Below are positions 26,244 to 34,825 of a stretch of 64,000 bases of DNA, one piece after another. Under the pieces are notes generated by a model, which was not told the DNA's origin, did no database searches, and saw nothing but the letters and a program-made list of their open reading frames with translations. A program made the translations under genes and the position numbers. The first letter of the stretch is position 1. Every line of letters begins with the position of its first letter. The stretch is from a virus, in IMG/VR virus record IMGVR_UViG_3300049846_000568, positions 32,001 through 96,000 of that record. One strand, written 5' to 3'.

Positions 26244-26931
26244 AATTCCAAAGCTCCAGGGTAGGATTAGGGTCGATAATTGACTCCAAGTGTGCACGGG
26301 CGTGGAAATCTCCACCGTCCAGGTTCATATACCGCTCGTACTTGGCCTGCTTGTCCTCGTCCCTCACGTAGCCGAGGTGCTGCATGATGAGCCCGGAGTC
26401 TAGTAGATAGCGACCACGACGCATGAGTGTCTGTACGTAATTGGGTTCTGATCCACAGGCTAGCCTGCGGTCAACGAACTGACCACCAAGGAAGTAGCGG
26501 AACATGCGCGAACTATTTGTTGGCGCCCATGCCTTATCTACGCGGAAATGTGTCTCATTCCACATGTGGAAGAACTTAATGTTGATGACGTCCACATCTG
26601 AGCGACGCATTAGTTCGCGGATATCTACGTTAGGACGTTCTGCCCAAAGCTTCTCGTCACAATCAATTGCAAGAATCCAATCACCAATCTCTGCGTGGTT
26701 TGAGAGGTTCTTCCACGAAGAGTTTCGCAGGACTCCCTCATGCGTACCAAACATGGGCTCTGGCATTCTATATACATTGGCGCCACATGATGCGGCAATC
26801 TCTGCCGTATCGTCATCCGAGCAGTCATCTGTAAAGACGATCTCGTCAGCGATATGGCCAAGGTGTTCTAGAACCTCTTTTAGATAGCGGCCCGACTCAT
26901 TACGTCCGACCATATTAGCTACAAGCTTCAT
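26233..26931 (-). CDS. GT2-family glycosyltransferase
   Basis: RNE...YL, DDCSDDDT, WILAIDCDE, HLGY. Confidence 0.85.
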   Translation of the reverse strand: MKLVANMVGRNESGRYLKEVLEHLGHIADEIVFTDDCSDDDTAEIAASCGANVYRMPEPMFGTHEGVLRNSSWKNLSNHAEIGDWILAIDCDEKLWAERPNVDIRELMRRSDVDVINIKFFHMWNETHFRVDKAWAPTNSSRMFRYFLGGQFVDRRLACGSEPNYVQTLMRRGRYLLDSGLIMQHLGYVRDEDKQAKYERYMNLDGGDFHARAHLESIIDPNPTLELWNYGS

Positions 26932-27098
26932 TTCTTGTTTTCCTCTACATACACAATAACTGGGGATGTTACCTGTTTTACTTCTTTTGGGTTTACCTCT
27001 TCGTCGTCCACCATACGCTGTGCCTCAGTCTTGTTTGGTGCGTCGAATTCATATACATGAGAGTATAGCACATCTGCATATATCTTGTAGTGCGGCAT
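26928..27098 (-). CDS. small hypothetical protein
   Basis: Coupled ORF MPHYKIYA... Confidence 0.55.
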   Translation of the reverse strand: MPHYKIYADVLYSHVYEFDAPNKTEAQRMVDDEEVNPKEVKQVTSPVIVYVEENKK

Positions 27099-27349
27099 TA
27101 GGCGCTCCCAAAGATAATACACTCCAAGTGCGCTACAGCTACAGCGGCCACCTGCACTAGCTCGTCAACAAGATCGCCCTGATCCTTGTCTCCAAAGTGT
27201 GAACGAAGTACCTCTTGTGCCGCCTCACCAAATTCTTCAGCGAGAACAGTGATCCACTCTACGTTTGAGTGACTCTGCTCGCCCCATTTAGCTAACTGGC
27301 GCTCACGTTCAGCCGCTACCATTTCCAAAACCACATCTGTATTAGTCAT
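27098..27349 (-). CDS. MazG-like nucleotide pyrophosphohydrolase
   Basis: ERERQ..KWG, LAEEFGEAA, DELVQVAAVAV. Confidence 0.8.
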   Translation of the reverse strand: MTNTDVVLEMVAAERERQLAKWGEQSHSNVEWITVLAEEFGEAAQEVLRSHFGDKDQGDLVDELVQVAAVAVAHLECIIFGSA

Positions 27350-28178
27350 GCTCAATTCCTAACATGTCACAAGCCCGACGGAAGAGCGATTGACTCTCCT
27401 GCCAATACTTGTCTGCTTCACTTCCCTTACTGTGCGACGCATGCCAACTATGCCCGATAGAGATACGACCATCATAGTAGACACCGTATCCACGATGCCT
27501 AGCAAAGTAGGCGCAGAATGTCTCTTCGTAATAGTGCTTGGTTGGAAGGAAGGGTCCTAGATGGGCTGTTCTCTCCCTCGGAATCGAACCCTCCTCTACA
27601 AACAAGTCGACTACCTTAAGGTAATCTTCATCCGAAGCCAGAGCTTCCCACGTACTACGTCTCACAAAGAAGGCTGAACCTGAAACTGTCACCATCTCAA
27701 CCTTATCCCTGAACTGGATATCGTGTGGATCGTCCATGTGCCAGCCACGGTGTTTTGGTGCGGTGTTTGTCCCGCCAATACCCGCATGCGTAATCCTGCC
27801 GCGCTCATCGCGCTGTTTTGGTCCAAGGATATGAACATTGGGATCATCCTCAAACGACTTGGCGATAGCCATGACATCCGAAGTTGTCATCCAGACATCA
27901 GAATTGAGCAGGCCGATGATATCACCGGTACCCTGTGACGCAAGCTTATTGCATGCCGCAGCGTACCCCACGTTCTCGTCCAGATACCAATCAATATACG
28001 TTGACGGTATCGGGAAGTTGTAGCCGGTTAAATAATCTGGGCTGTCATCTTCTGACCCATTATCTGCCACATAGGCTTTCCATGGTGGGTTATCCGGCAT
28101 GTCGGAATTCAGGGTCAGCAGGAACCTGTCCAGCTGCTTCACCGTGTTATAGTTCACGATGCATAGATCTACGTTCAC
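27342..28178 (-). CDS. GT2-family glycosyltransferase (WbbL/rhamnosyltransferase-like motif set)
   Basis: IVNYNT, DNGSED, NVGYAAACN, LLNSD, VSGSAFFVRR, YYEET. Confidence 0.9.
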   Translation of the reverse strand: MNVDLCIVNYNTVKQLDRFLLTLNSDMPDNPPWKAYVADNGSEDDSPDYLTGYNFPIPSTYIDWYLDENVGYAAACNKLASQGTGDIIGLLNSDVWMTTSDVMAIAKSFEDDPNVHILGPKQRDERGRITHAGIGGTNTAPKHRGWHMDDPHDIQFRDKVEMVTVSGSAFFVRRSTWEALASDEDYLKVVDLFVEEGSIPRERTAHLGPFLPTKHYYEETFCAYFARHRGYGVYYDGRISIGHSWHASHSKGSEADKYWQESQSLFRRACDMLGIEHD

Positions 28179-28293
28179 TTATCACTACCTCAAATGCGTA
28201 TTCTGGATCAAGTCCACATTCTACCAAACACAGGAAGTCTTTGCAGACGTCCACGATTTCTTCGTTAACTACCCACTCCGATATTCGATTCAT
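28147..28293 (-). CDS. small hypothetical protein (48 aa)
   Basis: Fills the gap; start uncertain. Confidence 0.4.
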   Translation of the reverse strand: MNRISEWVVNEEIVDVCKDFLCLVECGLDPEYAFEVVISERRSMHREL

Positions 28294-28549
28294 CAACTGG
28301 AGTAAGCTCAATTGGTTCGTCGTCTTGTTCTCGTACTCCATATATCTTGACGTCAATCCCTTTAGGGAGGATGATGATCTGCTTGTTGACGTGCTCAAAT
28401 GCGCGATTAAGCTGATCTATCTGTTCATTGTCTAGCGGGAGATCGACATCCACAAGCATAAACTCGCTCCACTCTTTAGCGTGGAAGATGTCAATGACAG
28501 TTTCTTTGCCGTGCTCCTCATAGACATACAGCTTTACTTTAGATTTCAT
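28265..28549 (-). CDS. hypothetical protein
   Basis: Coupled ORF in operon. Confidence 0.65.
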   Translation of the reverse strand: MKSKVKLYVYEEHGKETVIDIFHAKEWSEFMLVDVDLPLDNEQIDQLNRAFEHVNKQIIILPKGIDVKIYGVREQDDEPIELTPVDESNIGVGS

Positions 28550-28757
28550 CCTCAAACTCTTCGGTGAACTGGTTATCCTGGTACTGGACCGCGATGGTAT
28601 CTGCGATATAGTTCCAACCGTCTGCCTCTTCGGTGCCCTCCCTATGCTGTAGGGCCAACTCCCTAAAGACGCTTACTAGGTAAGACCACGTATCAACGTC
28701 CAACACCACAAAGGATTCCCCTTCATATAGGGTCACCTTTCTTCTACTCCTGCTCAT
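28539..28757 (-). CDS. hypothetical protein
   Basis: Coupled ORF in operon. Confidence 0.65.
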   Translation of the reverse strand: MSRSRRKVTLYEGESFVVLDVDTWSYLVSVFRELALQHREGTEEADGWNYIADTIAVQYQDNQFTEEFEDEI

Positions 28758-28992
28758 TCTTTTCCTTCTTTTTGTGAGCCTTTAATTCCGCTGCCTCTAC
28801 TTCTTCCTGTGGAAGCCTTCGCCAAACAAGCATCTTGTTGTCTGGCTCTACCGTCACGTAGTAGACGCGCTTGTCTGCTAGCGTGAACCCCTCAGGAGGC
28901 GGAGTACTGAGGGCGATATCCTTGCTTGCACAACCATATACTTGTGGGTCGTGCTCGTATACAATCAAGTAGTTTACCTTACCTGCTGGCAT
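28744..28992 (-). CDS. hypothetical protein
   Basis: Coupled ORF in operon. Confidence 0.65.
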   Translation of the reverse strand: MPAGKVNYLIVYEHDPQVYGCASKDIALSTPPPEGFTLADKRVYYVTVEPDNKMLVWRRLPQEEVEAAELKAHKKKEKNEQE

Positions 28993-29423
28993 AGAGTTAT
29001 ACCGTTATCCTTCATGAACTTTTCTACTCTTTCCCAGTCCTTATAGCTGGGATCGACAACATAGTGTACTTCCTCAACCGTGCTGTTCACTATCAACTTA
29101 GCGCAAGTATAGCATGGTGGTCCGTTGACAAACAGGATCTTGGGATCAGCTACGCAATTCAGGAATGCGTTTTGTTCTGCGTGAATTGCAATGCAATTAT
29201 CATAGTTAGAGCCCGATGGTGAGTTCTCTAGGAACCTAGGACACCCACCATCCTCACAATGCTCCATACCACTAGGACCACCGTTGTATCCCACACCAAC
29301 AACGCGATGACGGCCATCTAAGAGAACCGCCATATACCTACGCTTACCACACGTCGAGAAGATCTTCGCTCCAGCGATACAGAACTCCATATACTGGAGT
29401 CTCTTGTTAAGAGATAGCGACAA
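28974..29423 (-). CDS. dCMP deaminase (ComEB-like)
   Basis: STC, GYNG, HAEQNA, PCYTC. Confidence 0.9.
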   Translation of the reverse strand: MSLSLNKRLQYMEFCIAGAKIFSTCGKRRYMAVLLDGRHRVVGVGYNGGPSGMEHCEDGGCPRFLENSPSGSNYDNCIAIHAEQNAFLNCVADPKILFVNGPPCYTCAKLIVNSTVEEVHYVVDPSYKDWERVEKFMKDNGITLCQQVR

Positions 29424-29586
29424 GGCTGATCACCGCCAATGGTAAAAGTACGAGTGCGATGTAGATAAACTGTACTCTGCGCTCATCATGGGCTCTGGCA
29501 ATCAAGGTGATTACCCAAAGGAAAATGTACGCAATAACCACAGCGAGGACAGGCTGCCACCATGCTGTGATAGCGGCTATTACCAT
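29407..29586 (-). CDS. small two-TM membrane protein (59 aa, MVIAAITAWW...); not in ORF track
   Basis: Fills the gap; two hydrophobic segments. Confidence 0.6.
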   Translation of the reverse strand: MVIAAITAWWQPVLAVVIAYIFLWVITLIARAHDERRVQFIYIALVLLPLAVISLVAIS

Positions 29587-30299
29587 GTCTTACCCTTCAT
29601 AAGCTCGTTGATTGTCACTGGGAATCGTGGCTGTACAAGTCTATAGATAGCCCGTGCGTAGTCCTGAATCTCCTTCTGTGCGTCATCTTCTAGGCGCTGA
29701 GCCAAGAAGAAGCATACAGACTGTAGACTTGCGGACCAACGATAGTTGGTGTATAGCGCATAGGCGGGGAGAAATAGGCGGGCCATCTCCGGCGCCACAC
29801 CAAGCTCCATAGCCCATGCGTATAGGTTGGCGGACTTTACAATGTGCTCCTGTAAAGCAGTTGTAACCTGTGTGCCCTCCCAAGGGCCAATTGGTCCCCC
29901 AGAACCCTGCTTACGATTGTCTGGCGCGCTTCTCCACTCATCTGAGGCTGGCTCATAGAACTCTGGCTCCATTGTCACATAGCGACGAGAAGCCTCGTTC
30001 CAGCCATCCATAGTGTGGTCCGATCCAACAATGTACTTCCAATGCTGGCGAGCAACTAGTAATGGTGCCTTAAACTCGAAAGTCATAAAGGCGTGGCGGA
30101 AAGGGCTCATGTGGCCTTCACGAATCAGAAAAGACAGAAGCCTAGCATCATTTGGGCCAAACTCATCACTCTCCTTTGCAAAGGATGCACGGGCGGCATT
30201 CACAACACTAAGGTCCGAACCCATCACATCTATAAGACGAACATACCCCTTATCAAGTACCGGGATATGTGATTCTCTCTTGTCAAATCCAGTTAACAT
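29580..30299 (-). CDS. thyX: FAD-dependent thymidylate synthase
   Basis: VVNAARAS, GHMSPF, ARQ, NEASRRY, KQGS, PEMARLFLP, AQKEI. Confidence 0.95.
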   Translation of the reverse strand: MLTGFDKRESHIPVLDKGYVRLIDVMGSDLSVVNAARASFAKESDEFGPNDARLLSFLIREGHMSPFRHAFMTFEFKAPLLVARQHWKYIVGSDHTMDGWNEASRRYVTMEPEFYEPASDEWRSAPDNRKQGSGGPIGPWEGTQVTTALQEHIVKSANLYAWAMELGVAPEMARLFLPAYALYTNYRWSASLQSVCFFLAQRLEDDAQKEIQDYARAIYRLVQPRFPVTINELMKGKTW

Positions 30300-30301
30300 T
30301 T

Positions 30302-30634
30302 CTACTCTTCTTCGTCGTCCTCGTCATCTTCGATGACAATGCTCTTTTCGAAATCATCTTCAAACACATGTATCAAGTCCCCCGCTATATCACACATCTG
30401 ACGCATCAACATGATGCTTGCGGGGGATAGATAGCCACTTTCTTCTACTACTTCATCTTCATCTTCGTCTTCAACGAGAGGGCATTCTACCATGTTTGCG
30501 GCGTACCTTGCAATTTCATCTAGGGCACTGGTGATAAGAGACATAGTAAGGACCAACTCTTCTAAGGTTGGCTGTTCCTGCTCGCCCATATCATTCTGAT
30601 TCATGATAGATTCAAACTGCTCGTCTTCGTTCAT
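30302..30634 (-). CDS. very acidic hypothetical protein
   Basis: Asp/Glu-rich 110-aa ORF. Confidence 0.7.
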   Translation of the reverse strand: MNEDEQFESIMNQNDMGEQEQPTLEELVLTMSLITSALDEIARYAANMVECPLVEDEDEDEVVEESGYLSPASIMLMRQMCDIAGDLIHVFEDDFEKSIVIEDDEDDEEE

Positions 30635-30635
30635 C

Positions 30636-32666
30636 TTACGCCTTTAGAGGAATCTCACATACATCATTAGCGCAGAACTTCTCACCCTCGGCGTCTAGCG
30701 CTGCGCCGTTGTATAGATCGTCCCACAGGATACCAAGTACGTTGCCGGTCTTGGTTTCCCACACATCCTCTGGAATGCGCTCGTAAGGCATCTGTGCGTA
30801 AGCCCCACCCTCTTCCAGCAGTGGAAGCATGCTGATGGACTTTAGCTGCCCATCAAAGGTGCGTAGAAGCGCACCAATCTGGTCCTTCTCATCATCCTGG
30901 AATGTGATGGTAACGGAAACCTGGTTGTCTGCCCAATAACGCTGTGCTAGAACAGCAAGGTTTGCCTTTTCCCACATAGAAACCTCGCGCTCTGTACGAA
31001 CCTGCGGACCTCTCGTTGGTAGCTCAACCACCATCGTGTTCTTGGGATCCATAACGTCGGGTTCGACGTGGTATCCAGCCATCTCAAGCGCACTCAGCAG
31101 TGGATCGTTGACTGCCAGTCTCATACGGCGAATATAAACATCTGCCGTAGGCCAGTGTACGCCTGGGGTTACCCCAAACAGTAGTGAAACGGTCCCAGAT
31201 GGCTTAACAGAGGTTGTCTTGATAGACTCGCGCACACCAAGCCAATCAGAGTATACGCGGTCATAACGTTGAACCTCATCATAGCCGCTGTTTAGCCATG
31301 TGCGTAGGTCTGTTTGACCGTGGCGCTCAGTGAATTGTGCGACACCCGAGACAGAGCAACCGATACGACGGTTACGCTGCATGATGGAGTTTGTCTCTGG
31401 CCAATGAGTCGGCAGTAGCGTAACAGACTTGGCATACAGATAAGCGACCTTGATGGTCCTCTTGTAGTCATCGAGCGTCTCGTGCTTAATGGGGAAGGTC
31501 TCAACCAGAGTGCAGCATTCAAAGGACTCTAGTGTCTGCTCACCGCATGGATTTGTGCCAGCAGCACGGTAATCGCGGTTATTCGGGGGATCAATTAGGC
31601 GACCATACTTACGGCATAGGTCCAGATAGATCAACCCTGGTTCACCATTGGCGGCGATACGCTCAGCAAGGTGGTCATAGTTGCCGCCTACCTCTGCGAA
31701 AACAGAGTTGTTTGATGTAAAGCCCCAACCATTGGGACCCATACGCTCAGGGTTGACCTCCCAATTCTTGAGATCAAGAAAGTCCTTATCATCTGCCGCG
31801 CCGAGGGCAATCTCCGCAGAACGACGTACATTACCAGCAACAACACACTTGCCGACAAGGTTCATCACATCAACAATATCTGTCGACGTAATGAAATCTC
31901 CCGCACGGCCACCCAAGATTTCACGAAGCTTTTCGTGCAGATCCTTTAACGGGGCATAGCCTGCTGCAATGCCTCCGAAACCCTTAATCGGCTCTCCAGC
32001 CTTGCGGATAAGGGAGTAGTCGAACTCGTAAGTGGGACGACCGGCAAAGAAGTAGCTCTCCAATAGAAGGGCCAGAGACTGACACCATCCCTCGCGAGAA
32101 TCGTCAATTGTGAATACCTCAACCTCATCTGTTGGCTGATGAAGCTGCAACTTACCGGAGCCCTTAGTGTCGAAACCAACGCCAACACCAAGCATCGACA
32201 TCTCCATGAGGCGCACAAATGGAAGGGTGGCCTCGTTGATGCTGCGTGACGACAGGTGCTCGGTAGAAATAAACGCGCAGTTCTGTAGGGCAGCTGAGTT
32301 CTTCTGCCCATTAACGAACTCGGTGCCCATCATCCATAGGCCACGACCAGGTGGTGTCCACTTACCAACGAACAGGCGCTCATAAGCGTCCTTTGCTGTT
32401 GCCTGCGCCTTGTTCTCGTTCCATGGCAGGCGATTACTCTTACACCAATCCTTCTGGATGGAGAACATGCCCTCAATAACGCGGCGGCATGTCTCCCACC
32501 AACGCTCTTTACTGCCGTCCTCCTTGCGTCTGCTGTACTTGGTGAGGAATGTTAGCTCCCCTAGATAGTTGCCCCCTCCAATCGGAAATCCCCAAGGCAC
32601 TTGCCTTGTCTTGTATGTGTCGATGAAGTCTTCTGGCAGATTAAAGGATAGATAATTCTCTGGCAT
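30636..32666 (-). CDS. nrdJ: class II (adenosylcobalamin-dependent) ribonucleotide reductase, monomeric RTPR-type
   Basis: PPGRGLW, LQNC, GVGVGFD, GNVRRSAE, TNPCGE, KPSGTVS, C-terminal CANDVC. Confidence 0.95.
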   Translation of the reverse strand: MPENYLSFNLPEDFIDTYKTRQVPWGFPIGGGNYLGELTFLTKYSRRKEDGSKERWWETCRRVIEGMFSIQKDWCKSNRLPWNENKAQATAKDAYERLFVGKWTPPGRGLWMMGTEFVNGQKNSAALQNCAFISTEHLSSRSINEATLPFVRLMEMSMLGVGVGFDTKGSGKLQLHQPTDEVEVFTIDDSREGWCQSLALLLESYFFAGRPTYEFDYSLIRKAGEPIKGFGGIAAGYAPLKDLHEKLREILGGRAGDFITSTDIVDVMNLVGKCVVAGNVRRSAEIALGAADDKDFLDLKNWEVNPERMGPNGWGFTSNNSVFAEVGGNYDHLAERIAANGEPGLIYLDLCRKYGRLIDPPNNRDYRAAGTNPCGEQTLESFECCTLVETFPIKHETLDDYKRTIKVAYLYAKSVTLLPTHWPETNSIMQRNRRIGCSVSGVAQFTERHGQTDLRTWLNSGYDEVQRYDRVYSDWLGVRESIKTTSVKPSGTVSLLFGVTPGVHWPTADVYIRRMRLAVNDPLLSALEMAGYHVEPDVMDPKNTMVVELPTRGPQVRTEREVSMWEKANLAVLAQRYWADNQVSVTITFQDDEKDQIGALLRTFDGQLKSISMLPLLEEGGAYAQMPYERIPEDVWETKTGNVLGILWDDLYNGAALDAEGEKFCANDVCEIPLKA

Positions 32667-32679
32667 TGTGTGGTTTCTC

Positions 32680-33339
32680 CTACACCTTTCTAATTTGCTT
32701 CACAAGTTTAGGATTGGTCTTCTTAAGTTCTTGTCGCTTGATCTTCACTACTTGATCTACGGAGTAGATGTCAAAGATCAATCGCTCGAAAAAGTAGTTC
32801 GACCTCCAGTTTAGCACTTTCTTGCCTACAGAGGACTCGTGCTTCTGGAAGATAGAACAAATAACGGCGCCACCATAGGTGTATACAAGGCGCTTAAACG
32901 ACTGCTCGATTCGCTGCTTGTTTTCCTCCGTTATATCGCCACTGCGCTCTGCTTCACTGAAGAGCCAATTGAATGCCTGTCTAGTAATAGGGGAATAATC
33001 GATTGGGTCTATGATACCCAGGCTTTGACATTGATTTCTCCACTTAGCGATCTGCAGGTCTCGCTCCATTGTTTCATCGAGTAGCGCTTCCCAATCTCGC
33101 TCACCATACTGTCGAAACGACTTACACCAGAAAAGCAAATTCTCTGGTGGATCCGGTACCTTATACCGATCGTATAGTGGTAGTAGTGTAGCGCATGCGA
33201 CCGACCTACGAAGGTCTTCCTTGGCTTGTTCTGGTGAAGCGTTCTTTGCTAGCTGCTTGTACCTCTCAGTAATGTGTCTCTCCCAGTCGGATTCACCGAC
33301 ATATAAACTCAGATATCTTGCTGCGTCTTTCGTCTTCAT
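32680..33339 (-). CDS. hypothetical protein (219 aa, helical)
   Basis: First ORF after the 33451-33479 promoter. Confidence 0.75.
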   Translation of the reverse strand: MKTKDAARYLSLYVGESDWERHITERYKQLAKNASPEQAKEDLRRSVACATLLPLYDRYKVPDPPENLLFWCKSFRQYGERDWEALLDETMERDLQIAKWRNQCQSLGIIDPIDYSPITRQAFNWLFSEAERSGDITEENKQRIEQSFKRLVYTYGGAVICSIFQKHESSVGKKVLNWRSNYFFERLIFDIYSVDQVVKIKRQELKKTNPKLVKQIRKV

Positions 33340-33373
33340 CTCTAAACCTATATATCCGATGCCCAGAGAGTAA

Positions 33374-33408
33374 GATGCGGCCCTACCCGCATGAGATAGA
33401 GCCGCATC
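33374..33408 (-). promoter_or_regulatory. strong hairpin in the 5' leader (terminator or attenuator candidate)
   Basis: GATGCGGCTCTATC...GGTAGGGCCGCATC stem on minus strand. Confidence 0.55.
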
Positions 33409-33450
33409 GAACCATTCGTTTTTTAAGCCTCCGAGCCGTGTGTGTCGTAC

Positions 33451-33479
33451 ACTATAGCACGACGCGGAGTATGTGTCTA
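33451..33479 (-). promoter_or_regulatory. SigA-type promoter TAGACA-17-TATAGT with extended TG
   Basis: Heads the long replication/nucleotide/glycan operon. Confidence 0.7.
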
Positions 33480-33494
33480 ATCGTATTGGAAGTT

Positions 33495-33800
33495 TTACAG
33501 CCTAAAACCTACGTTATCGGTCTTGTCTGCAACCTTATCGGCTGCGCCTGTGGGCTTCCATAGGCCAGTGTATAGGCCGATTGATACGATGAAGTTCTGT
33601 ACACCCAAGTACAAAGTCTGAACGTCGAAAACGCCCAGCTGGTTAACTGCCTGTGTTACCATTGCTGTGGCACCAGCTAGCACTGCTAGCAGGATACCCT
33701 TCTTTGAAGAATCGGTCTCCTTACGCGTCACCAATGCTACCAAAAATGGTAGAACTGTTGCCACCAGAAGATTAAGTAGTCCCATGTCTATCTGCATCAT
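33495..33800 (-). CDS. holin-like membrane protein
   Basis: About three TMs, LPFLVALVT, GLWKPTG C-terminus typical of actinophage holins. Confidence 0.65.
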   Translation of the reverse strand: MMQIDMGLLNLLVATVLPFLVALVTRKETDSSKKGILLAVLAGATAMVTQAVNQLGVFDVQTLYLGVQNFIVSIGLYTGLWKPTGAADKVADKTDNVGFRL

Positions 33801-34083
33801 TAACTCCTGTTATTTTCTGTACCGCTACCGCCCCTGCAGCAATGATGTTGAAGGGGTCCAACCAAGGAAGGAAATTGCCTGCAAAGAGGTGCTTCGTAGT
33901 GAAGCCCCACGCCGCAATCACGGTCCATCTATGAACCGGGTGGCGTAGGGCCTCTCTCCAAACCTCTGTCATCGGTTTGTTACCCTTCAAAAGAAGAGCT
34001 ATGTCAACTACAAACACATAACCTGCTAAGCCCGCCCAGGCAATAACTGCTGGCTCAATTCTCCGGGGCGAATCCTTAGCCAC
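33772..34083 (-). CDS. small membrane protein
   Basis: AWAGLAGYVFVVD ... HP..RW...W....HL. Confidence 0.65.
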   Translation of the reverse strand: MAKDSPRRIEPAVIAWAGLAGYVFVVDIALLLKGNKPMTEVWREALRHPVHRWTVIAAWGFTTKHLFAGNFLPWLDPFNIIAAGAVAVQKITGVNDADRHGTT

Positions 34084-34091
34084 CGTATTTC

Positions 34092-34709
34092 CTATACGTC
34101 GAGTGCCTTAGCGGATGTTACGCCACGCCACTCGTTGACCCTGTTCTTGCCATACTCGTGATCGAAGTCGGTTGGGTATGCCTGTGTTGTCTCGCCCAGG
34201 CTTACAGTTGTGACACCCTTGTATACATATGGATCGAAGTAGCCAAAGGAGGCGGCTGTACCAGTCGCATCAATTGCGCGAATTGCGTGACCTGGATCGT
34301 CCAATCTACGCTGACGATCTGTATCGTCGTATGGGTCGATGAGCGAGTAATCCGTCGCACGAGGCTCGTGGCCGTAGCTCGATCCAAATACTAGGTTGTT
34401 GCCCGCTGCCTTGTTTTCTAGTGGGCGATAACGCATGCCGTCGATACGGACGCCACTACCGGCGTCGCGCAGGCTACGAATCCTGCTCTCGCTATCGTCG
34501 CCATTGTAATAACGTGTCAGATTAAGGCCATGTGGATGATAGCCGTCGCCTGGTGTGTGTGGGGTGGCCGGAATACCGTCGAGCACATGACTTGGGTTCA
34601 TGAGTGACCAGTTAGAGTACTCTTCAACCTCGTTAGTGTATGTGTTGATGTTCTGATCGGCGTCGCGGCCCTTCAGAACTGGTCTCTTGCCACTGTAGAA
34701 TAGTGCCAT
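34092..34709 (-). CDS. hypothetical (probably virion) protein, 205 aa
   Basis: GGGGAG RBS before ATG 34709; preceded by structured leader. Confidence 0.75.
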   Translation of the reverse strand: MALFYSGKRPVLKGRDADQNINTYTNEVEEYSNWSLMNPSHVLDGIPATPHTPGDGYHPHGLNLTRYYNGDDSESRIRSLRDAGSGVRIDGMRYRPLENKAAGNNLVFGSSYGHEPRATDYSLIDPYDDTDRQRRLDDPGHAIRAIDATGTAASFGYFDPYVYKGVTTVSLGETTQAYPTDFDHEYGKNRVNEWRGVTSAKALDV

Positions 34710-34737
34710 GAATGATCTCCCCTTCAATAAATGAGGT

Positions 34738-34792
34738 GAGGGTACAACGTAACTAGGTCCTAAGGTGGGCCTTTCGGCCCTTCTGTACCCTC
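34738..34792 (-). ncRNA. candidate structured cis-regulatory leader RNA
   Basis: 9-bp closing stem GAGGGTACA/TGTACCCTC enclosing a GGGCC-GAAA-GGCCC hairpin. Confidence 0.45.
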
Positions 34793-34800
34793 TGTATAAC

Positions 34801-34806
34801 TAGTAA
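34801..34806 (-). promoter_or_regulatory. TTACTA candidate late promoter
   Basis: 8 nt upstream of the structured leader. Confidence 0.4.
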
Positions 34807-34825
34807 CGAGCGATTACGGCTATAG

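Noticed and set aside
21417-30299. DNA hypermodification as a firm call
   Set aside because: No hydroxymethylase, TET/JBP, preQ0 or PurZ-type gene in the window and ThyX/deaminase look like normal dTTP supply; kept only as an alternative
11717-32666. Inteins or introns in dnaE, helicase, thyX or nrdJ
   Set aside because: Lengths are normal, motifs contiguous, no splicing or homing endonuclease signatures
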